64,000 nucleotides of DNA, taken from NCBI GenBank assembly GCA_051967755.1, contig JBQDYD010000006.1, forward strand, positions 56,482-120,481, in the 5' to 3' direction. Below, piece after piece: positions 57,501 through 64,000 of the stretch. The notes below the pieces were generated by a model that was not told where the DNA came from, did no database searches, and saw only the letters and a program-made list of their open reading frames with translations. A program made the translations under genes and the position numbers. The stretch is from Alcanivorax sp. (GTDB lineage Bacteria > Pseudomonadota > Alphaproteobacteria > Micavibrionales > Micavibrionaceae). How positions within the stretch are numbered: the first letter of the stretch is position 1; each line of letters begins with the position of its first letter.

Positions 57501-57924
57501 TTAAACCTTCTGTAGGGTGCGGAGTAAAAGATTTAGAAATCTTCACATAAGAATTAAGAACTTCACCAATCTGCTCTGCGCTATAACCGGACGCACTCAT
57601 CAACCGAGTGGCAGAGCGCAAATCCTCTAACTTCGTATGATGATCCGTATTATCCGCCCGATCCTCTATGACAGGTTTATAAGAATCAAACGTCATTTTT
57701 ACATTATGGATATGCATGAAGGCATTTGTTTTTGCGACATCTACGTCACCGTTTTCATCACGAAAATGTTCCTGAAAAGCCTTTGATTCCTGCGGCGACA
57801 ACCCCATTGCGTCTGATTCATTTAAAACGACTTTCGCCTCATCGGCTGTAAAACCTGCGTTTTCCAACATACCTATCAGCACGCTGTCATCTATCAATGT
57901 CTTGAAATCAATTTCTTGGGCCAT
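54565..57924 (-). CDS. phosphoenolpyruvate carboxylase-like protein, highly divergent
   Basis: 1119 aa, colinear with PEPC motifs that are all substituted: FTPHPTE, SWDYDADGKNN, RRNGFALEKGQTRH, SLNED, VMRPASDAEKVGG, MIGGGQSLNRFGG, YTEQGR, GARPEAG..SLRAIG, ALRSGT. Confidence 0.55.
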   Translation of the reverse strand: MAQEIDFKTLIDDSVLIGMLENAGFTADEAKVVLNESDAMGLSPQESKAFQEHFRDENGDVDVAKTNAFMHIHNVKMTFDSYKPVIEDRADNTDHHTKLEDLRSATRLMSASGYSAEQIGEVLNSYVKISKSFTPHPTEGLSQNGIRLSRNLVKAAEAPADQREEALRTAVTEMLESDNYGASKKSNMLDETDYSNKCARIHNEGVNQLDRDVEQIIYEETGAHTDILLNTGPRSWDYDADGKNNAEGFAMMMKMSTTTMEAMSDLSTNLAQAAKGNIPHELREELKQLQHDADSVMQKLKPVYDRSRHITTKLAETAPEERETVYRQFYDNEYDGMFEQLSQIYDHLDDHRGLDFYENTVEQLDHLRKDLAEHDRDSTHAIDEAYRTVRRNGFALEKGQTRHNDYVYIDMLDNMFESDAFWGLGVLTQKDREELMIAGKFSELPQDVQYMHWERILDHARQNGNRDEIIHILESTNELSFKKVSDGGNGYPDQEKAYADRMKLRGLFPFKFQEGVISDAQEIGSPRQKFIADLYGMVHMKHMSLNEDPANLARQPTLVRHFNEKGGSENMENRKAKMPDLFKRLHETLHVMRPASDAEKVGGSFTRLQAIQAYRDIVHEAYDMKVPVEVMIGGGQSLNRFGGDVDMVRRILAQELKDIFEEKQKNGEELDEYDDKMMIMATSILYTEQGRTKRYASATPDQVKDDFTGKLTNIIQDYLDMKGHVPDHAFIDERARFSPAMDDLQRVIRDRAILEYDTFRQVVLTGDDGKPGSKYILDSMVEKAGTPNTIGYQNNGARPEAGKAKGNSKATSSLRAIGKDQTLHTMQSFHAGFMATGSAMRRFHDALHDDFYDRKNDPSKQIKVSDIQDLMHNDDWDEAIFSRNLVDAGRFNATHLYDGLTDGKADEWTFDRAIKVGREVAWKRDADSKKLTLHYNGDEDVSQEELYLSKVYYDRAVFIAMTEASLTQKGQGVTMEDGFDDIIKIVRPENNSLEFGLGERTKEKWPTVQAETLRDHAKNAPAFSLIYMVEDDIQGKLDAGVDKDKIMEHYGQGDPKAAEATFRGHGSALRSGTLSHKGKWTGKDTYGIKNRTSPDLDIDALVAYASNNNDHNRQAELDL

Positions 57925-58038
57925 CCCTACACTCTCTCCGTGAACTAAAATTATACTTTTATACTTATTTTTGTTAATTGCAGCGTTTATAGCAAATCAA
58001 CAAAGTACTAAGCAAGTAATAGCCTATATGCAGCGCAG

Positions 58039-58062
58039 CAAAAAAGCGGGATTACTCCCGCT
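58039..58062 (-). terminator. rho-independent terminator after nusG
   Basis: The minus strand reads AGCGGGA-GTAA-TCCCGCT followed by TTTTTT. Confidence 0.75.
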
Positions 58063-58092
58063 TTAAATAAACTCTAGTAATATTTCAGAAGT

Positions 58093-58626
58093 TTAAGACT
58101 TCTCAACCTGTGAGTATTCAAGCTCAACCGGTGTAGAACGACCAAAGATCGAAACAGATACTTTCAACTTGGCCTTTTCTTCATCAATCTCTTCAACAAT
58201 ACCGTTAAAGGATGCAAACGGGCCGTCTGTAACCTTAACTTCTTCACCGATATCGTAAACAATAGACGGACGCGGACGATCAACACCTTCTTGAACCTGT
58301 GTCAAGATACGCTGCGCTTCTGCCTCACTAATCGGAACAGGCTTGTTACCGCCGGCACCAAGAAAACCACTTACTTTCGGTGTATCCTTAATCAAGTGCC
58401 ACACAGTATCGTTAAGATCCAATTTGGCAAGCACATAACCCGGGAAGAACTTACGCTCGGCATTCACACGTTGTCCGCGCTTTACTTCAACAACTTCTTC
58501 TGTCGGCACCAAAATTTCGTCAACAAAATCTTCCAGACCTTGCTTGGCCGCTTTTTCTTTAATTGATTCTGCGACTTTCGTTTCAAAGCCGGAATAAACA
58601 TGCAGTACATACCAACGTTTGGCCAT
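58093..58626 (-). CDS. nusG: transcription termination/antitermination factor NusG
   Basis: MAKRWYVLHVYSGFE (NGN domain) and a C-terminal KOW (GEEVKVTDGPFASFNGIVEEID). The ATG at 58626 is preferred. Confidence 0.95.
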   Translation of the reverse strand: MAKRWYVLHVYSGFETKVAESIKEKAAKQGLEDFVDEILVPTEEVVEVKRGQRVNAERKFFPGYVLAKLDLNDTVWHLIKDTPKVSGFLGAGGNKPVPISEAEAQRILTQVQEGVDRPRPSIVYDIGEEVKVTDGPFASFNGIVEEIDEEKAKLKVSVSIFGRSTPVELEYSQVEKS

Positions 58627-58656
58627 AACAGACATTCCTTTCATTACTGAGGTAAT

Positions 58657-58854
58657 CTAAAAACCCATAATCAGCCTAATCACATAGGCAATAATTTGGT
58701 CTGCAAAATACAAAAACAAAGATGCAAAAAACACCATAACGAAGACCGCAATCATACTAACCGTTGTCTCTTGACGAGACGGCCATGTCACTTTTTTGGT
58801 TTCGCTTTTTACCTGACGAATATATTCAACTGGTCCTGTTTTTGACATTTTCAC
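58657..58854 (-). CDS. secE: preprotein translocase subunit SecE
   Basis: 65 aa. The sequence EYIRQVKSETKKVTWPSRQET plus a single TM helix is typical, and the gene lies immediately upstream of nusG. Confidence 0.9.
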   Translation of the reverse strand: MKMSKTGPVEYIRQVKSETKKVTWPSRQETTVSMIAVFVMVFFASLFLYFADQIIAYVIRLIMGF

Positions 58855-59031
58855 CTACCGTTTAAAAAAACTTTCAAGATCCCAAGGTTCGTATTGTGAG
58901 CGCGCGCCACATTTAAATTCATAACCATTTAGGGATTAAGGAAAGTAAGTACACCAAAATTCGGGCATTGACCAGAGAAAAATGAAGCGATCTGCTTTTA
59001 TCAACCTTAGAATTGAAAAAACAATCCCGTG

Positions 59032-60537
59032 CTATGCCGCGGCTTTATACCTTAAAACAGGCTTACGTGCCGCTTTCACTTCGTCCAGACGCTTGCGCGG
59101 TGTTGACTGCGGGAAGTTGTGATACTCCTCCGCCTTGCCATCTTCGGCATCTTTGGCGATCTTTTTCATGGTTGAAACAAAGCGATCGATCGAATCTTTA
59201 CTCTCTGTTTCTGTCGGTTCAATGAGCATGGTACCGGGCAGAACCAATGGGAAATAAACCGTCATCGGGTGATAGCCATATTCAACGAGCCCCTTGGCAA
59301 TATCCAACGTCGTCACGCCATGTTCTTTTTGCTTCTTATCTGTCAGCAAGCATTCATGCATGCATGGCCCTTCATATGGGACATGATATTCATCCTTCAG
59401 CTGGCTAAGGATGTAATTCGCATTCAAGACCGCATCTTCAGACACTTGCTTAAGCCCATCAGCACCATGGGACTTCATGTAAGACAGCGCGCGCACATGC
59501 ATACCAAACTGCCCCTGAAATGCCTTCAACGTACCCAAAGTATCCGGGCGGTCTTCCTCGGTTTCAAAAACAAATGCACCATCATCATTTTTCACAACGG
59601 TCGGAACAGGCATATATTGCGCAAGCTCCTCCGTGCAGCAGATCGGGCCTGATCCCGGGCCACCACCGCCATGCGGGGTAGAGAACGTCTTGTGCAGGTT
59701 GATATGCATCACATCAACACCAAAATCGCCCGGTCTGACTTTACCGACCAAAGCATTAAAGTTTGCACCATCGCAATAGAAATACCCGCCTGCCTCATGC
59801 AACAGATCAGCCATCTCAATAATATCGCTTTCAAACAATCCGCATGTATTGGGATTGGTGACCATCATACCCGCAATATCCGCGCCCTTTTCATCTGTTT
59901 TATATAGTGCTTCTTTAAAGGCCTCTACGCTTAGGCGTCCTGTTTCCTTCGTCGGAATAGAACGCACTTCAAAGCCACACATCACGGCCGTGGCAGGATT
60001 GGTTCCATGTGAAGAGTCCGGTGTTAAAACGATTTTTCTTTTCGTATCGCCCTTTTGCTCATGCGCTCTGCGGATTGTCATCATCCCTGCAAGCTCGCCA
60101 TGCGCACCCGCAGCAGGCGTCAAACATACGCCCGGCAATCCCGTCAGCTCACCCAGCCAATGTTGCAGTTCATGCAACAATTCCATCGCACCTTGAACAG
60201 TGCTTTGTGGCTGTAATGGGTGAATTTGTGCGAAACCCGGCAGACGCGCGAGCTTCTCATTCAAACGCGGATTATGCTTCATTGTACAGGAACCAAGCGG
60301 AAAGAACCCATGATCGATTGAATAATTCCATGTACTCATGCGCACAAAATGGCGGACGACCTGAGGCTCACTCAATTGTGGCAGACCGATATCCTGACGC
60401 TCTTCTAACCCTGTACGATTAACCGATGTCAGCGGATCCGGCAGATCAACCCCCGGCTTATCACTTACCTCTTTTTCCCAGAGCAAATTTTCTTCATACA
60501 TTAAGCCACGGTCTTGATCCATGCCGATTAACCTCAC
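59032..60537 (-). CDS. gcvPB: glycine dehydrogenase (decarboxylating) subunit 2
   Basis: PLP-lysine region HINLHKTFSTPHGGGGPG within the gcv operon context. The precise start is uncertain. Confidence 0.93.
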   Translation of the reverse strand: MRLIGMDQDRGLMYEENLLWEKEVSDKPGVDLPDPLTSVNRTGLEERQDIGLPQLSEPQVVRHFVRMSTWNYSIDHGFFPLGSCTMKHNPRLNEKLARLPGFAQIHPLQPQSTVQGAMELLHELQHWLGELTGLPGVCLTPAAGAHGELAGMMTIRRAHEQKGDTKRKIVLTPDSSHGTNPATAVMCGFEVRSIPTKETGRLSVEAFKEALYKTDEKGADIAGMMVTNPNTCGLFESDIIEMADLLHEAGGYFYCDGANFNALVGKVRPGDFGVDVMHINLHKTFSTPHGGGGPGSGPICCTEELAQYMPVPTVVKNDDGAFVFETEEDRPDTLGTLKAFQGQFGMHVRALSYMKSHGADGLKQVSEDAVLNANYILSQLKDEYHVPYEGPCMHECLLTDKKQKEHGVTTLDIAKGLVEYGYHPMTVYFPLVLPGTMLIEPTETESKDSIDRFVSTMKKIAKDAEDGKAEEYHNFPQSTPRKRLDEVKAARKPVLRYKAAA

Positions 60538-60584
60538 ACAAAATTACATATATATTGTTCATATAGAACGGAGTATTCGTTTTA

Positions 60585-60959
60585 TTAAAATCTCTTCTGA
60601 GAGAAATTACACTTAAACTCATTCTTTTCCCATTCAAGGAAATCTTCAGTTGTTTCAACAACTAAACTTCCCGCAATACGGTCTAAAAAGATGCGTGTTG
60701 CAGAACCGCTATGTTTCCAGCGTGCTGATATAGCCGTTTCATTGAAGATTTTAATACTCTCAGGCGCTACGCGCTCACCATTCATCAAAATATACGGTTC
60801 GTCATCATTAATCAGAAAACTAATGGCAGACCATTCATTTTTACAGGTAACTGTTTTTTCTACCGGCGGCTGAAACTGGGTATAGAAGATAGTAAATCCA
60901 CCCATTGCCACAACAAGTATGATAAACATAAATACTATCAATCCTGCATTATTACCCAT
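60585..60959 (-). CDS. hypothetical membrane-anchored protein embedded in gcv operon
   Basis: 124 aa with an N-terminal TM helix (LIVFMFIILVVAMGGFTIF). AT-richer than its neighbours and lying between gcvPA and gcvPB. No family recognised. Confidence 0.45.
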   Translation of the reverse strand: MGNNAGLIVFMFIILVVAMGGFTIFYTQFQPPVEKTVTCKNEWSAISFLINDDEPYILMNGERVAPESIKIFNETAISARWKHSGSATRIFLDRIAGSLVVETTEDFLEWEKNEFKCNFSQKRF

Positions 60960-60999
60960 TTTTCAATCATCCTTTCACATTGGACACCGGATATCCGAT

Positions 61000-62280
61000 T
61001 TACAGAAGAATCTCAGACAAAGTCTCTACAAACTCTTCTATTTGATCCTGCGTAGTCATTTCCGTCGCCGCGACGAGAAGCTTATTCCCCTCAAGCGCGT
61101 ACCCACCGATTATGCCACAAGTTGTCAAATCCTCAACCACCAAAGCAGAGGCTTTGGGTAGTTCTACTACAAATTCATTAAAAAAGCCTTGATTTACAAC
61201 AGATACACCATCCAATGCATCCAAAGCATCAGCCAAGCGACACGCCGCATCATGGTTTAATCGCGCGAGCTTCTTAAAGCCGTCTTCGCCCAGCAAACTC
61301 ATATGCACTGTAAACGCAAGCGCGCACAGCCCCTGATTTGTACAGATATTAGACGTCGCCTTCTCTCTTCTGATATGTTGTTCACGCGTTGAGAGCGTAA
61401 GAACAAATCCGCGACGTCCATCCGCGTCTTCTGTCATACCGCATAAACGGCCGGGCATCTGACGGAGATATTTTTCCTTACAGGCAAAGAAACCAAGGTG
61501 CGGGCCACCAAAGCCCATAGGCAAACCGATCGACTGCGCCTCACCGCAAACAATATCGGCCTCAACCGGTGGCGGTAACATCCCAAGAGATACAATTTCA
61601 TTGATCACCACAACCAGTAACGCCCCCGTTTCATCGCATTTCTTACGCCACTCATCATATTTATGCGGGTTACCAAAGAAATCAGGCGATTGAACAATCA
61701 CACAGGCCGTTGTGTCATCAGGCTCTCCGTCAAACACTTCGCGGTCATCATAATTCGACATATAACTGCCCAGAACTTTGCGATATTCAGGGTGAATTTC
61801 TGTTCCGATTGCGATTTTATTGCGCTTTGTAATGCGCATCGCCATAAGCGCAGCTTCCGCCACCGCCGTGGAGCCGTCATAAAGCGACGCATTGGCAATT
61901 TCCTGCCCTGTCATTTTCGCAATAAATGTCTGATATTCAAAAATAACCTGTAACGTGCCCTGCGCGATTTCAGGTTGATACGGCGTGTAGGCCGTCAAAA
62001 ATTCACTGCGCTGGATGATGTAATCCACACTGGCAGGTATATGGTGATTATAAACGCCTGCCCCCAAGAAGAAAGGCACCTGAGAGGCCGCCATATTCTT
62101 TTCGGCCATAGCAGAAAGATCACGCTCTACCTGTAACTCGCCCTGATGTTTCGGCAAATCAACCAGCCCGTCAACAAACGCCGCCTCAGGGATATCACGA
62201 TATAATGCATCAACACTGGTCACACCAACGGACTTGAGCATTTCTTTACGTGCATTTTCTGTTTGTGGTAAATATCGCAT
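61000..62280 (-). CDS. gcvPA: glycine dehydrogenase (decarboxylating) subunit 1
   Basis: 426 aa. MRYLPQT.., FLGAGVYNHHIP and TAYTPYQPEIAQGTLQ are typical GcvPA motifs. Confidence 0.93.
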   Translation of the reverse strand: MRYLPQTENARKEMLKSVGVTSVDALYRDIPEAAFVDGLVDLPKHQGELQVERDLSAMAEKNMAASQVPFFLGAGVYNHHIPASVDYIIQRSEFLTAYTPYQPEIAQGTLQVIFEYQTFIAKMTGQEIANASLYDGSTAVAEAALMAMRITKRNKIAIGTEIHPEYRKVLGSYMSNYDDREVFDGEPDDTTACVIVQSPDFFGNPHKYDEWRKKCDETGALLVVVINEIVSLGMLPPPVEADIVCGEAQSIGLPMGFGGPHLGFFACKEKYLRQMPGRLCGMTEDADGRRGFVLTLSTREQHIRREKATSNICTNQGLCALAFTVHMSLLGEDGFKKLARLNHDAACRLADALDALDGVSVVNQGFFNEFVVELPKASALVVEDLTTCGIIGGYALEGNKLLVAATEMTTQDQIEEFVETLSEILL

Positions 62281-62300
62281 ACTTAAACCCTATACTTTAT

Positions 62301-62642
62301 TTAGGCGGTTACCCGCCATTGCGTTAATACATCAACATTGGAAACCGTCTGGCCTGAGAGAATGGTTTTATATTCCCCCTCATCTGCATGCCAATAATTT
62401 TCAGAGCCAAAAGGTAATGCGTAATCGGAAACCTGTTTGATCTCCATTTCTTCATCACTTTCTTTTTGGCTCCACACGTCCCCTTCTATAATGACCTTAT
62501 TATCTTGAATGGCTTTAACCTGGCCGAAAACCTCAATTATCTCAACAATATTGTCATCTTTATCTACGTAAGTTTGAAGCCCCAATATCTGCTTTTTAAG
62601 AAGCAGTTCAGGCGCCGTGACATAGCAGACATCGTCTTCCAT
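62301..62642 (-). CDS. hypothetical protein embedded in gcv operon
   Basis: 113 aa, acidic, with no TM helix or signal peptide. Its ATG overlaps the gcvH TAA by 1 nt (TAATG), which suggests translational coupling. Confidence 0.45.
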   Translation of the reverse strand: MEDDVCYVTAPELLLKKQILGLQTYVDKDDNIVEIIEVFGQVKAIQDNKVIIEGDVWSQKESDEEMEIKQVSDYALPFGSENYWHADEGEYKTILSGQTVSNVDVLTQWRVTA

Positions 62643-63019
62643 TAATCAACTTCTTTCAAATATTCAGCGTAGGCCGCCTCATCCATAAGATCAGACAGAG
62701 CAGAGGCATCCGCAACCTTAACCTTCACAATCCAACCATCTTCATTTACCGGCTTTGCGATTAATTCCAGGTCATCCACCATCGGCTCGTTCACTTCTAC
62801 GACTTCACCATCAACAGGCGAGTAAACCTCAGCGGCAGTTTTAACAGATTCGACAACGGCAACGTCTCCACCTTTTTCAACGGCCTTACCGACCTCAGGC
62901 AGTTCAACAAACACCAAATCACCCAATGCGTCGCGCGCATGTTCGGAAATACCGACATAGGCAATATCCCCATCAACGTAAATACATTCATGATCTTTTG
63001 TATATTTTAATTCAGCCAT
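62642..63019 (-). CDS. gcvH: glycine cleavage system protein H
   Basis: 125 aa with the lipoyl-lysine context VVESVKTAAEVYSPVDGEV. Confidence 0.95.
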   Translation of the reverse strand: MAELKYTKDHECIYVDGDIAYVGISEHARDALGDLVFVELPEVGKAVEKGGDVAVVESVKTAAEVYSPVDGEVVEVNEPMVDDLELIAKPVNEDGWIVKVKVADASALSDLMDEAAYAEYLKEVD

Positions 63020-63047
63020 CCCAAATTACCTCTCTTGAATAAATAAA

Positions 63048-64000
63048 TTACGCGGTTTTGACCGCTTTTGCTGATTTTGTTTTTGCAGGCACAAACGGCA
63101 TTTTCGCCACTTCTGCCTCAATGTTACGGCCGCGTACATTAATAAGCAGCTCTGTGCCCTCTTGTGCATATTCAACGGGGACATACCCCTGCCCGATTGA
63201 CATACCAAGCGTGGGAGAAAAACCGCCACTGGTAAGTGTACCGATAACCTCATCATCCGTTGTTCTGATCTCTGCGCCTTCGCGTGCAACGCCCTTACCG
63301 GTTAGTTTAACGCCAACGCGCTTGCGTGCAGGATCAACAACCTTATCCGCCCCGATAAAACCGTCATTATTCTTTCCCATCACCCAAGAAAGGTCTGCCT
63401 CACGCGGGGTCGTACTTGCATCAATATCATGCCCATAAAGACAATACCCCATTTCAAGGCGCAATGAATCACGCGCAGCCAGCCCTATGGGCTCTACGGC
63501 ATCATGCTCAAGCAACTTATTCCACAACGCTTCGGCATCTTTATTAGGGACACTAATTTCAAAACCATCTTCACCCGTATATCCAAGGCGCGAGATAAAC
63601 ATTGTGTAATCTTCATACCACAGCCCCATATACGGCACATCTGACAGGTCCTTGCCCAAGACGTCACGCACGACATCCTCTGCCTTTTCCCCCTGCAAAG
63701 CGATCAATGACCAATCTTCGAAATAGGTGAATTCCAGCCCTGATGTCAGGTGAGATTTAATCCATTGGATATCTTTTTCCTTACAACCGGCATTAATAAC
63801 GCAATGGAACTCGTTATCGCCTGTTTTCGTGACCATCAGGTCATCGATAATCCCACCCTGATCATTCGTCAACACAGTATATTTTGTACGATTAATACCT
63901 AATTTGGAAAACGCAGACGGTGTGATTTTCTCAAAAAATTCAACGGCATCGGTTTCCCCCTCCGCACCCTTAACTGAGATTTGCCCCATGTGAGAGACAT
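63048..64000 (-). CDS. gcvT: glycine cleavage system aminomethyltransferase GcvT (5' end outside window)
   Basis: The reading frame stays open to the window edge (..VSHMGQISVKG, the conserved GcvT motif). The folate-binding and C-terminal barrel regions are present. Confidence 0.92.
   Translation of the reverse strand, partial: VSHMGQISVKGAEGETDAVEFFEKITPSAFSKLGINRTKYTVLTNDQGGIIDDLMVTKTGDNEFHCVINAGCKEKDIQWIKSHLTSGLEFTYFEDWSLIALQGEKAEDVVRDVLGKDLSDVPYMGLWYEDYTMFISRLGYTGEDGFEISVPNKDAEALWNKLLEHDAVEPIGLAARDSLRLEMGYCLYGHDIDASTTPREADLSWVMGKNNDGFIGADKVVDPARKRVGVKLTGKGVAREGAEIRTTDDEVIGTLTSGGFSPTLGMSIGQGYVPVEYAQEGTELLINVRGRNIEAEVAKMPFVPAKTKSAKAVKTA

Noticed and set aside
58855-59031. A tRNA-Trp gene was expected upstream of secE-nusG, as in many bacteria.
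   Set aside because: No cloverleaf can be folded on either strand: there is no T-loop (GTTCRANNC-like) with a matching acceptor stem. The region appears to be promoter and leader only.
1-64000. CRISPR arrays, IS elements or transposases, prophage modules, recognisable toxin-antitoxin pairs, or known defence systems (RM, CBASS, retron, Gabija and similar).
   Set aside because: I scanned the ORF translations and the intergenic DNA. I found no regularly spaced direct repeats, no DDE or tyrosine/serine recombinase motifs, and no reverse transcriptase, cyclase or SMODS-like signatures. Absence judged by eye is not proof.

Overview
Gene-dense, two-strand chromosomal segment with about 70 protein genes and 2 tRNAs. 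There are no rRNA genes, CRISPR arrays, transposases, integrases or phage genes. All calls come from reading the ORF translations and the DNA by eye; no similarity search was run. Most of the content is housekeeping: tyrS, anmK, tsaC, mnmA, a split mnmC, icd, purU, bcp, a NifS-like desulfurase with a 2Fe-2S ferredoxin, secE-nusG, the gcvT-H-PA-PB glycine cleavage operon, gmd-fcl, speE/AdoMetDC, an M3 peptidase, a YhdP/AsmA-like giant envelope protein, and a fused CcsBA cytochrome c synthetase. The divergent anmK/tyrS pair, the eukaryote-type NADP-IDH and the gene context suggest an alphaproteobacterium-like organism, but this is inference only. Between the core genes sit AT-richer ORFans, many acidic and without signal peptides, plus Sel1-repeat, EF-hand and SLT-domain proteins; this pattern resembles a host- or prey-associated lifestyle. 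The items most worth follow-up are listed here. (1) A 1119-aa phosphoenolpyruvate-carboxylase homologue in which nearly every signature motif is recognisable but substituted. (2) A compact polyamine operon in which a divergent AdoMetDC paralogue and a canonical AdoMetDC flank speE. (3) The roughly 290-nt structured leader of that operon, which has an 11-bp helix sequestering the Shine-Dalgarno sequence and a 17-codon uORF. (4) A module of secreted EF-hand protein, ECF sigma, anti-sigma and CpxP-like protein. (5) A System II CcsBA fusion. (6) Two unknown ORFs embedded in the gcv operon. (7) An orphan Flp pilin gene missing from the ORF track. (8) mnmC split into two overlapping frames. I did not recognise any canonical defence, toxin-antitoxin or mobile system.
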